Origin: Amphiscolops sp. MND2022
Lineage: Eukaryota
Assembly: GCA_964187785.1 (NCBI GenBank)
Contig: OZ076419.1
Coordinates: forward strand, 24,924,001-24,988,000
Direction of reading: 5' to 3'
DNA: 64,000 nt
The position numbers were made by a program, and so were the translations under genes. The notes beneath the pieces were generated by a model. It ran no database searches. It was not told the origin of the DNA and saw nothing but the letters and a program-made list of their open reading frames with translations. Positions 1 to 11,818 of this stretch are shown here, one piece after another (positions within the stretch are counted from its first letter, which is position 1; each line of letters starts with the position of its first letter).

Positions 1-3000
1 GATTATATCAAAAGAAACTGAGCTTTGAAAACTTTCTTCAGCTAAACCGAGTGTCTTCAGTTTTTTGGTACCCTATTGTACTGTCGTCTTCGATTAGATA
101 GTCAAAATTTCATCACTTGAAACTCGGATCAAATGAATGTTTCTACATTCACAATTGTGCTAGTCCTTCTTAAAAACTCTGTCAAAACGGATTTTGAGAA
201 CAACATTCGCTGAAAAAAGTTTCTGATTTTTTTTCGTTGAAAGTTTTTCCTCTGACTACAACAAGGAACATTGGATTGACTATTCATCCCTCAACTCACG
301 CCAAAAAATTTCCTCTCAAAGTTGAAAATAACAGCAAGAAAATTATGGCACTGAGAATTTTTGATCACGTTTTTGTTATAGATTATTTCCGCATTCTCGT
401 GTACTGTACCCCGGAAATTATTCAGACCTTGTCAATTTCATAGCATCCATGATTGATTTCTTTGTTTTTCATTTTCTTAAGTTCTCTTTTCATCTATTAA
501 TTTTCAAAAGACCCAAAAAATTTCAAAGTGAATTCCGAGAAATTGGAAGCAATTACGATGTATTGGTATTCAGAAAAACTATCCAATTATCTGGTTTTTC
601 TTTAGATCAATTAGAGGTGTTTTAAGCTGTTAGCATTTTTCCTTCAGCACGTTTCCTTGAATTTCCATTTGATTTTTAATTATCTCTTCACAACCCCACT
701 GAAGGTAAAAACGGCCACTTATCAAAAAATCGATGTTGTATCTTCCTTCAATTTCTGCGAGATTCCTTGTAAGTATATTTCTTTTTATCATTTTCGTCCA
801 TTTGTCCATTTTCAAAAGAAATCGTCCTTGCAGTTTAATTGATCAGGGTAACTGGTCTCTGTAAAACTTCCCAAAACGGGCGGTGTTCTACATAACGGGT
901 AGTGTTCTACATTTTTATCATTTAATACCTAAATTATAATCCATTCCCTTCACGAAAATACCGATCTCCTGAGAATTACAATAGCAAAGCTTCTTAACAT
1001 CAATGGTGTCGATTTGATAGTAATTGAACCAACTGCCAATTAGCAGCCAAATCATAAAACTTTTTCATGGGTTTTCAAGGATTCTTCAAACCTCCACGAA
1101 GATAAGAAATGGTTGGTCGCTTATCACAATATCGGAGTTCCATTTTGCAAGTTCTTTGAGGGTCCTTGAAAGTTGATTAATCTGTTTTAATAATTTCGCG
1201 CTCATTAAAAACATTTTCCGCATGAAAAAATCCACTCAGCCTTTTTTTATCCACTTTATCCTTCCCAGCCATTTTCATGAGGAAACCAAATCTTATGTCT
1301 CTTCACCATATTTGACCACGTTAATAAATCTCTACAAAACTCCACCTACCATTAGTCTTTTCGTTTTTTTTTCTCATCTGAAACTTCAGGAAAAAACTGC
1401 CATATCCAAAAACATGGGGTTTGTGTGAACAAAAGAATGAAGACTTCGTGGCTTTACTTTTCATAATTGCAATGTTTGTTTTGCGACCACAAGGATTTTT
1501 TCCGCCTACTGGCTCCTGAGTTTTAAAACTACTTTATGAAACTAAATTGCTTCTCGTTTCTAAGCATTTTTGACACTTTGTTACAGGTACTATTACCTGA
1601 TCTGCTAATGAAAATGTACCTCAATTAATATTATTTCATCAGCTGGTGGAACTAAAGCAGTCGCTTTTTACGTCAAGTAGAAGTACAAAAAGATCCAAAA
1701 TCGTCTGGTATTTCTCATGCGGTCCCTACTGAGTTTCTTTGACAAATTTGTTCAACTTTTCAGGGATTTCTCATATCCATTTTTACCTGAGGTTTTCAGG
1801 CAAAATGCATGCATCCTATAAAGTAACGTCAGGCAGCCGAAACAAAATTTCGTTGAAATTCAAAAAGTGTGCGATATCAAATAAGTCAATTCAAAATGGC
1901 AGACCTGGCAGGTACAGAAAATCGCAAAGGGATACAAAAAACCCAAAAACACCCCCAGCCCGAGAGAGAACACCCCGACATAGAAGTATCCCCTAAATCG
2001 CTGTGCGGTGCCATCCCCCTCGGAAGACGTCCCAGCTAACGGCAGAGCGCGAAAAATGGCCCGGAAGATGAAGAAACTCAGACGTTTGCATAGTTTGCAT
2101 GTGCCACCTCACAAGTCCAAGACTCGCTGACACTGACGCCTGATGTTTCCTTAGTCTGTTGTACCGTATTTGTAGTTTTTGCAGGTATTTGGTGATGTTT
2201 GACCCAGTAGGTCTCTAATATGGATCTTATTCCCTCAATAAATTGTAATTTAGTTAAAACCCTGTTTTCAGATCTCGGGCCTCGGGTATATGTAGGAAGT
2301 CGCAGGAACGTTAGGAACCTTAGGATAAGTTTTTACGTGCTTGTGGGACGTGTCCGGACTTTGAGAGTGCAGCACGTTGCATCGGAACTCTAATTTGATG
2401 TATGGAAAGTCCCCTTAGGAGACCATTTTGGGACACAAACTGGTGTCTAGGGCTGTAGTAAGGCAACGGTCTCCTGTTTAAGCACCCTATGCATTATCCT
2501 ATCACACTTCTATGATGTACGCTGCTAGGTGGACGTTACATCTGGAATAGTTTTTATGGCGACCACAGAGGGACATTTTTCATTTTTGCGTCCTATTTGG
2601 AGTTTTTCCTGCTTTCCGGCCCTGTTAGGTCCTGATCTAGGAAAACTTATTGGAGAGTCCTAGATTTTTTTATTGGCTTAGTCAAGTTTAGTAGGCTTTC
2701 TTCTAACAGAATTACTGCGTTTCCCATGTATTTCCGGGGTCTGGAATGAGAAACAACCGTTCAATAGCAAAATACAGTCTTGACACTTTTCTTGTTGGAA
2801 ATAACCATCCGGCTTTACCGGATCCTGTTTTGAAGGGTTTTGTAGCCTCATTTCAGCTTATTTGCAATTTATGGGAACCGTGAGGACACGGAGTGAAGGT
2901 CCGCACCAGCTGTCACGAAAAAGTGAAGTCCTTCACGACTCTACTTCCCCACTCCCATTGATTGCAGCACCCACGACAGTTGCTGTGTTACCTCGTCCCT

Positions 3001-3796
3001 TTTTGTATTTAGTAGCTTTAAAAGCGTATTCCCGAGCCTAATTGTACCCATACTGACTGAGAAAGAGAAAAAATAAACCAGAGGGTACCCCTATTGTTTC
3101 TCGAAAAATATAGCGAGCTAGAACACTTGATTATAAATTGAATATATAACACTTGAAGCAGCTCAATTTTCGATTTAGTGGTTTTGAAAGCTGAAATTTT
3201 CCGGAGAAGGATACGTCCAACGGGAATACAATAACAACGTTCCACTAGACTTATCAGGTCAGGAACAGAAAAAGTTGTTTGGCTAAATTACGAAAACATT
3301 GAAAAATTTAGTAAATTTTGTTAAAAAATAGTCAAATTTGGCCTTTTGGACCAAATTTGACGAGGGCAAAGTCGCAGGCACTTTCACCTGAGACTTCAGA
3401 GTAGCTCAATTTTGTGCTTGGGAGTACGAAAAGTTACTGCCAAGACTTTTTTTTAGCCTTTCCCAATAGAAATTGAAACATTATCAGTGTCTTTCTTCCG
3501 CTACACATAGACCTGAGATGAAGACGCAATAGACCTGAGAAGTATTACATCAAAAATTATATCTGAAATATACCCAGCCCCCTTGTAATCTGTAACATTG
3601 ATTCACAGTTTAAAATTGCATATTTTAACTTATGGCAGAGAAAATTTGCGTTAAAATATGGGTTTCTTATACAATTTTGGCTTGTTCTAGAACTTTTGCT
3701 TTTTCTGGTTTTTGCTTTTCTGGCCAAAAAAGATTTCAAAAATTCGGATAAATTTTTTCCGTCAGGTGTCGAATTAACAATAGAGACAATCATCTA

Positions 3797-4271
3797 CACC
3801 CAGTTTTTTTATAAGCAATGCCTTCTAAGCAATGTCTTATAAGCAACCTAGCCTTGTGAACAGAAAATTTTTGTCAATAAGAAAACTCTAGAATTATAAA
3901 TTAACTTGGGCAATCGCTAAGCAATTCAAAACTTGAACTAAGTTTTCATAACTGAGTTTCCACAACATCAGTACTTCTACCCCATCGAAGTCATCTGGTA
4001 ATCGAAGTAATCAACTCTTCCATCATCAAAATCGACTTTGTATTCGCTCAAACTTGAACTAATTGTATGTTAATGTACGTTGTCACATGCACATGAGTCT
4101 GGAACAATGTAATTTGCGCGTGATTATAAATACAATAAACATTTACCAATTAGCCATTCACATTAAAACTAAGCAACTCTCAAGCAAATTGTAGGGCTAA
4201 AGTTCAATCAAGCAATCGTCAAGCAAGCTAGGCTAGAGTCAATTCTAAATTGCTAATTAAAAAACTGGGTG
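3797..4271. mobile_element. TIR element (CAC-ended, CMC-like) with AAGCAA subterminal repeats
   Basis: CACCCAGTTTTTT..TAAGCA / TGCTAATTAAAAAACTGGGTG. TSD not recognisable. Confidence 0.55.
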
Positions 4272-6221
4272 GAAGTATTAATAGCCATATCAATTTCTTT
4301 CATTGCCCTATAAGACGTTTTTTCAAGCATAAATTGGGGGGGGGGGTAACCGCTTCTGTGCTGGAGAGGGGGAAAAGAAACAAGGTGTATCTGAAGGGGG
4401 AATAAGACACTTGTCCACCGAAATTTTCTGTAAACAAGTTATATCGCTGTTTCATTTTTTTGGAAGATACAGATCTATCTGCACAGAAAAAATATCACGC
4501 TTTTTGGGCAGTAGAAAAAGATGTGAATTGATATCAGTGATCCGGTTTTGATTGAGTTGTAAGATTGCGTCGTTTACGATAGCTCAGAAATTTGTAAATC
4601 GAAATCTTCAAACTTCATAAGTTTAAATCTTCGAATGAATGAGCTATTTCAGTTACTAACTAGTAACTAAATTTATTGTACGTTTTGAGATACTTGCACA
4701 AAATCATGAATAGTTTGACCTCCGTGATTGGCAAGTGCAAACGTTTAGAGTATATTACACACAGATGTCGTCGGTGTATTGACTTATTTAATGAGTTAGC
4801 GACTGTCAAATACATCCAAGAAGCTTTACTTTGGCACGAAAAAAATACTAAAAATAGCACCGTGAGGATTTAATTTGAGCGGAAATGACCGGAACATTTC
4901 ACCTTTTTTATCTAGGTGAAAAAATCTACCTTACAGAAATTCATTTCGGATGTAATTGATCATTTTTGTGCGACTTTGACCAAGTTAAAAAATTAACTAT
5001 GTGTAACTGTTTACTATGTGAAACCATTTTGCATTGAATCTGATCATTTTTTTCAAGAATGACACGACCTTTGTAGATTTGATGAAAACATTCAAAGAAT
5101 TACTTTTGAGTAGAATTGATCAAAAAGAATTGAGTACAATTTCATCTTTCAAAGAGACATTCTTGATCTTGAATATCAAAAAACCTGCTTAACTTGAAAG
5201 CCTCAATCTTCCTAAATTATTATTTGATAGGCACTTTTCTCAATTGTCAGAAAAAACGGGAATTTTGGGGTACTTGTGAAATTTGTCGACACCCTGGCTG
5301 GTATTTGACCTTGGAATCGGAATTGTATCAATTAGGGAAATGTCCTTATTAGGAAAATTAGGTTAACGTAATGGACTTCTTGAAAGCTTGTCAATTTTGT
5401 CTCTGTGGGACTAAAAATGCGATTGGTATTTATACTAAAACTGATACAAAAATTCTGTCTAATGGATAACCCGTCGATGTGGCGTCTTGTGTGAAAAAAT
5501 ATATAGGTCCCAGTAGGATTTAAAAAGGATCCTTGACTTCAATAAAATCCCGTCTTCAGAGAGAACAAAATTTCTAATTAAGTCAACTAGTTGAGTGGAA
5601 CATGCTGGCTTTGATTTTAGGAAGATGCGACATGGAAGGTCCATTTTCAAGGCAGTGCTTATCGGAAGCGCTTTATAAGATGGAATCCAATGAAAATGTT
5701 TATTGATGGCATAAAAATTGTTAGGATATATAATTCTGCTTGCTCAAAGTCGATGCTTTTCAAAAATCTCACAGTGCCGACAACTTAGGCTTTAAAAAGT
5801 TTTTCGTGACATAAAAGATCATCGGAACCAAAAAAAAGAGAGCTTTTATGGGGAATGAAAACTTTTACATTTTTAAGCTCATGTAATGAATGAAAATGTA
5901 AAAAAATGGATCCGAGCGGGCTGCTTTGGAAGCTATTGCTGTAAGCACTAGACCAATTGGAATATCGGCCGCTCTATCCAATTTTCCAATTTCGCCTCAT
6001 TTCTGTCTGTCTTGCAGAAAAATGAATTCACTTAAGTGATTGTAATAGTCAAGCAAGTTTAATCTCAACCAAGGTGTCGATTAGGAAATATGAAACATTA
6101 CTTCGTTCATGAAATCGTACCTGCTAAAACTTAATTTTTTTTTTCAAAAAACTCTTGATTTATGTTTATTATTCGTTAGCTGAATTTATATTCGATCATC
6201 TTTTTAAAACGTAATTTGCAC

Positions 6222-7754
6222 GGTGTGCGTTCATTTCACCCCAAAATCATTTCACCCCATATCATTTCACCCCACATTCCTTTTACCCCACGTTCATTTC
6301 ACCCCACATTCATTTCACCCCATATCATTTCACCCACATTCATTTCACCCCACGTTCATTTCACCCCACATTCATTTCACCCCACATTCATTTCACCCCA
6401 CATTCATTTCACACAACACCCCCCCCCCCCAGATTCATTTCACCCCACTTTCAATTCACACAATATTGTAATTATACAAAAGCGTCTCCCCTGGTTGGAA
6501 CTGCTTGAACTTTTTACATGTTTTTGTAGGTTACCAAGCTAATTTTCCATGATTTTATAAAATTCTCAAAGAAATAAGAAATGTCCATGCATTAAATTTT
6601 CACTGATTCGATTTGATTTTATCAAGCTGCCTATAAAATGCATCTTAAATTTGGCGGCATTTCTGCGCCGCAACGTTTTGCAGGTTTCATAAAGACGCCG
6701 TTCTAATTTTGAAAACAGACCTTAATCAATTTTACCGCGCTTTCAATGCAAACAAAATTCAGTCACATTATAATTTTCAAAGTAGCGTCATATTCAGCGT
6801 GCTATTTGGCTAACGGTGATTACATAAGGTACTTACATGAGAAACTTACGCGTGAAAACAAAGTGATCGCTGCGGCAAAGAAGTGGAATTGTTTTCAGTT
6901 TTAATTCAATTAGTGAAGGCTGAATTGTAATACTACAAAATGTTTCCATGCACGGTCCCGGGATTTTCCATGTTTTATAAAAAAAATTAGCCTGCATGTT
7001 TCCATGCAGCATGTAAAAAGTTCAAGCAATCTCGACTAAGGTCACCTTAATTAACCAATTAACGATTAAATTTTGATGCCTACTGTCTTTGAGTTAGCTT
7101 TGATTTGATTGTCAGTTTCTGTAGGAAATTATTTGCCTGAGGAAAACGGAATAGGAAATTTTTTGCTTAAAATTTGCAGCGTATATAGTTGAAGATCTTT
7201 ATTGACAGAAAAAAAATTTCAGCGCCTTGTTCAGAAATATTACAATTCCGACAAGTGAAACGTTTCGGTTTCGATTTTGTGATTCACATAGCCAGCATCG
7301 TTTGCTTATCTAATTGCTAAGAGACGCATGTGGGGTGAAAGCTAACTCAAAGACAGTAGGCATCAAAATTTAATTGTTAATTTGTTAATTAAGGGGAGAC
7401 GCTTTTGTATAATTACAATATGGTGTGAATTGAAAGTGGGGTGAAATGAATCTGGGGGGGGTGTTATGTGAAATGAATGTGGGGTGAAATGAACGTGTGG
7501 TGAAATGAATTTGGAGTGAAATGAACGTGGGGTGAAATGGACGTGGGGTGAAATGAATTTGGAGTGAAATGAACGTGGGGTGAAATGAACGTGGGGTGAA
7601 ATGAACGTGGGTTTAAATGAACGTGGGGTGAAATGAACGTGGGGTGAAATGATATGGTGTGAAATGAATGTGGGGTGAAATTAACGTGGGGTGAAATGAA
7701 CGCGGGGTGAAATGATATGGGTGAAATGAACGTGGGGTGAAATGATACTAAACC
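6222..7754. mobile_element. Foldback/Mutator-like element whose long TIRs are built from a 15-bp tandem repeat (CATTTCACCCCACRTT), copy 1
   Basis: Repeat array at 6230-6450 and its reverse complement at 7440-7745. Ends GGTGTGCG...CTAAACC. Near-perfect 8-bp TSD ATTTGCAC/ATTTGGAC. Contains MITE B. Confidence 0.82.
6489..7041. mobile_element. CMC-like MITE family B, copy 1 (about 550 bp)
   Basis: TIR CCCTGGTTGGAACTGCTTGAACTTTTTACATG / CATGTAAAAAGTTCAAGCAATCTCGACTAAGG. TSD TC. The empty site is visible in the sister host element near 33225. Confidence 0.85.
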
Positions 7755-7799
7755 ATTTGGACCAGTTGCTGTGAAAATTGTTTTATTCATTTAAAATTC

Positions 7800-8110
7800 A
7801 TCAAAGAGGAAGAGTTCTTTCCGTCTTTTGATGTCACACAAACATTTAACTCTGTATTGAGAAGTAATTAATATCCCAGACAGTGCTTGCTAAATTTGGG
7901 ACCCGAAGTACAAAGAGAGCGGGAATTTTTATGAACATCTAAAGACAACGTGACACATTTGGTTTAGCCGCGGGTTTTGATGAAAAACGACATGACCGGG
8001 TTCAAAGCGCCCATTAAGGAGGGGCGTTTTTCTTCCAAACTGGGACCCCAAAATCAATCCAGATGTGCAAACACAAAGAACCACACATGTTGATCGATTG
8101 TTAATATCGC
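7800..8110 (+). pseudogene. Possible Penelope-like RT remnant
   Basis: EEEFFPSFDVTQTFNSV resembles the PLE motif SFDVxSLFTNVP. Weaker GAFSSKL and HVDRLL downstream. Heavily decayed. Confidence 0.3.
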
Positions 8111-10030
8111 TGTTGAAAATCCTGCCTCCGAGAAGTTAGCCATTCCAGCTATTAATTTAAAAGATCGTGCTCGAGAATATACTCCAAATATGACGTTACA
8201 AATTCGAATATAGCGCAATATTTTGTTCATATCAGAAAAAAACTAATAATATAGTTCAGTTCGCTGGACCAAATGGTACAATTCAAGATTTTGTAGATCT
8301 TTTGAAGAACTATTTTGGTCAGCTCGTGTGGATTGGAAAAAAAAGACGCCCAGTAACCACTATAGTATAAAAGTCGCCTTTTGATTTCATAAAACACTTG
8401 GTTTGGGAAGGTTTGTGGAAATCGTTTCTAACTATGACGAAATTAGGCCTCATGCATCTTACTTACTATTTGAATTCTTTTATTTATAATGATCATCATT
8501 GCTGTATAATTTTAGTTGACCGTGATCGTTTTTGTGTAATGAGATCTGTTTGTTTTTTACTTTTTTGCTTGAATTTATTTTTTTGTTTTACTTATTTTGA
8601 CGATTTCACATCAATGCATGTAATCAGCTGCTAATTCATGCTAACTTTACACTTTTTCGCATATTTTCTCGCGTGTTGGGGAAAAACAAAACGCTGCTGA
8701 TTGTCGGCGGCATACTGCCGTTTAGATTCGATTTTTTTGCAATTGAAAATTTCACATAAGAAAGCAATTGAGAATTCGAATAATCAAATTATGGGTTGAT
8801 TTTATCTAAACGTTCAATTCTTTTTCTTTTTTAATTAAGAAAAACTTTGTTTTTTTTCATTCCTTGGAAAAAGGTCATGAAATTTCAGTTAGATTAAGAA
8901 GTTTCCTCGTTCTGCGATTTCATAACAGCAATTGGTTCTTCCATAAACATATACAGAATGTCCTTTGATCGACAACCCTCAATGTGAACGTTTGTCCAGT
9001 CAAGAAGCAATGGCGTTTAATTTGATTTAATTTGAAGGTAGTTTGTGTTTGGAATGTGACCAAAAACTATCTTTCAGAAATTTCCAGTTGGAAATTTCAA
9101 CAACGTGTCAAGTTTGTAATTGTTGATAATTTTAACGTGAGTTTTCATATTTCATTCCCAAAGCAACTTTCTTTGGAAATAATTTGATAAAACATCTGAA
9201 CTGGTTGGCATTTCGCCAAAAATTTACAATCAAGTTGTTATTGACAAATTATTTAGACTTATTAGGAAGAATTATAACTGACCAAAAGGTATAAATTATA
9301 AAAGGAGAACCTTCTAGCCACAAATAAAATTAGGAAGACATTTTCAAACAAAAGTAAGTGTTGATTTTGTTTCAGCTTGAGTTTTAGTCTTGTCCTAAAC
9401 TAACGCAACTCCAATTCTAAGGACAGAAAAATTCGAATCAAGAAAACTCAAAACATGCCTAAAGTGCAAAAAATGTCATTTGCAGTTTTTTTAGGAAATC
9501 TTCTTAGCTTATCAAACTGTTTGTTTGAAACTTTTACCTCCAGTAATGCATAAAAATATAATTAACAGTTCTGAGTAATTTTAGCTCCTAAACTGTTAAG
9601 AGACTTTGTTTTGATCTAGATGCGCTTTGAATTAGAACGAAAAATTTCCCAAAGTGAAAACGTTTCAATTTCCAGTCAAAGCACTCAGTTTATTGAAAAA
9701 GGACAGTTCTTGGCAAGACTTGCTCTTGATCTATTTCTCCAATTGACACAAAATTAAGTATTCCAGTTCGAAAACGGTTGTAACTTTTGATGTTTGCAGG
9801 TTTTTGAAACCCTTGCTATGAATTTTGGCTAAGAATTTAATGTTCTTGAAGCCTTGGTAGGAAGTCTGGCAAGATCTTAACCTAGAGAGCCAAGCATATG
9901 CACAATAATGCGATATCTTGCCAAAAGAGTCTAGGGGAAAGCTGATAAACGCGTATAGAAGTGAACGAAAACCGTCAACGACTACGGATTGATCGGCTAT
10001 TATGCTGGGTGGGAGGAAAATCATGATCTG

Positions 10031-10360
10031 TTATTTTCCGATCCCACATTTTACAAATGGGGGAGGAAAATCATGATCTGTGACGCGTTTTTTTCCAAAT
10101 TCTGCCAAAACTCCAATTGGTTATCTCCATCCACTTGACTATCTCTACCACTTGACTATCTATCCACTTGACTCTGACTAGTGTAGAGGTGGAATATTAT
10201 CTAAAGTCAAAAAAGGGAATAAGATCTAAAGGGAATAAGATCTACAATCACTAAATTTTAGATCTTATTCCTTAGATCCTATTCCTCCCAAAATAGCTAT
10301 GGCTCAGTTGGTGAAGGCGAAAAGGGCGGAAAATATCCCGGTGCTTAGCGGGCATCTTTT
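10031..10360 (+). mobile_element. Helentron/DINE-1-like element, family H2, copy 1
   Basis: 5' TATTTTCCG.. with the conserved block ATGGGGGAGGAAAA...CAAATTCTGCCAAA. 3' GGGCGGAAAATAT plus the hairpin CCCGGTGCTTAGCGGG. Internal CCACTTGACTAT microrepeat. Confidence 0.65.
10186..10289. repeat. Miniature inverted array of GGAATAAGATCTA (remnant of a Mutator-like family)
   Basis: GGGAATAAGATCTA x2 followed by TAGATCTTATTCC / TAGATCCTATTCC. Confidence 0.5.
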
Positions 10361-10399
10361 TTCAAAATGGATCCCAGTCCGAATTGACCGGAAATTTGT

Positions 10400-10798
10400 T
10401 TTTACAGACAAAGAGTGTTCAATTCGGATCACCCGAATTGTTGGGGAATATAGCGTGCCAAGAACGAATTTTTACCTCGGGATAAACGACAAGCTGGAAG
10501 AGGTGGATTCATTAATTATGGCATTCCATTTCCTAGTAGAAGGAAATTGAGATCAATTACGTACTTCAGCAGGACTCTTGCATCATCCGCCATCCGCGCT
10601 ACCGTGGTAATAAAAACTATTATTGTAAAGGAATTCCGAAACTAGAGTGGTCCAGACAGTCCCCTGACCTTAGTATTATTGAGAAAGGTTGGGATAGGAT
10701 CTCGTGGTGATCGTACGATGACCATCAGCCCAAGAATTTGGCCGAATTGGAAGGCCGAGTTGACGAAGCGGTAAGGGCGAATAATCTGCATGATACTA
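10400..10798 (+). pseudogene. Tc1/mariner transposase remnant
   Basis: NYVLQQDS, then LEWSRQSPDLSIIEKGWD (WPxxSPDLNPIENxW motif) and PKNLAELE. A C-terminal-like SMTVRICQVLTKN resumes near 11305-11350, after the H1 insertion. Confidence 0.72.
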
Positions 10799-11287
10799 AA
10801 AAGACGGGAACGTCGGAAGTCGGCGCTATATCCAAAACTCAAAAAACGAATTCTTTAAAATTTGCGTAGGATTTTTTGACGAAAACTATTTTCGAACCCT
10901 CGCCTACTCCTTACTGAAACGCAATATAGTTCGGATACTATGTCACAAGTTCGGATATAGCACTTTACTCTGGATAGTACGAGAATCAACTTGATTAAAA
11001 TTGAATGGGGCCCTTTGGAGATTTAAAAAAATTCAAAAAAAGTTTCACAGCGCCAGCAAAAAATGAAAGGGAGACTCCTTAGTCTCGTCCCCCGTTTTGT
11101 ATGTTAACTTCAAAAAATAAAAATGGAAAGGGGGACCCTTTGCTATGATTTCAGATTCGTATCCGAGGTATTCGTTTAGATGAACAAACTGAACAAAAAT
11201 TTTGTCGCATTCGAGACTGTCTTAAAGGAAAGAGTAACGAGTGACTGTAATAGTCGGGCTCTTTTATTCTAAAGGCTCCGACTAAAA
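10799..11287 (-). mobile_element. Helentron/DINE-1-like non-autonomous element, family H1
   Basis: One end has the hairpin GACG-GGAA-CGTC plus AAGTCGGCGC; the other has TAGTCGGGCTC...CCGACTAAAA. Inserted in a Tc1 remnant. Confidence 0.7.
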
Positions 11288-11366
11288 TCGGAAAATTTTA
11301 TAAAGTTCTATGACCGTTAGAATATGTCAAGTTCTTACCAAAAATGTTTAGAAGATCAAATGTTAG

Positions 11367-11559
11367 TGTTGTAGCTATGCTATCTCGAAGGAGAATCAAA
11401 ACAATAGAGCTGTTAATACTGTATTGTATGTAGACCATGTGGCAAATGGCCGTTCTCACTTTTCTTGTGAGCACTCTTTTTGTTGGTAAACAACTTTAAT
11501 AAAGTGTTACACAACCAGTCTCTTTTTCGTTTGAGTGTTCGAGAGTGCACTCTCTCACA
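11367..11559 (-). repeat. 3' LTR of the intact Gypsy element
   Basis: Same sequence as 16675-16867; preceded on the minus strand by the purine tract GGGGGA. Confidence 0.96.
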
Positions 11560-11565
11560 TCCCCC
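11560..11565 (-). promoter_or_regulatory. Polypurine tract (GGGGGA)
   Basis: Purine run directly abutting the 3' LTR on the minus strand. Confidence 0.75.
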
Positions 11566-11818
11566 AGTTTATAAGTGATTGGACAATCAGGTTAATACAG
11601 ATTTACAGCTGCTTTTTGATGAACTAAAATTGTACATTAATTCGGTATAATCATACTAATGTACTCAGTTAATGAATGGTATTTGTTATACCAGTTAACT
11701 CAATTAAAACTACAAGTAGCGCCAATAATATGGTAATGTAATATGGTAAATACCAGTTTTGAGTTTGTTGTCATGTCGCCGTGAGGTGACAGTTTCCTTG
11801 GAGTTGGCAACTCCTGGC

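Noticed and set aside
560-1200. Possible transposase remnant on the minus strand (KWNSD motif)
   Set aside because: A single short motif resemblance to hAT TRWNS, with no supporting motifs or TIRs.
4660-5700. Short ORFs and Leu-rich fragments suggesting a decayed gene
   Set aside because: Many stops and no motif I can name.
6216-7790. ORFs with repeated SFHPTFISPH peptides (also 33014-33786)
   Set aside because: Translation of the 15-bp non-coding TIR repeat; open only because the unit is a multiple of 3 and has no stops.
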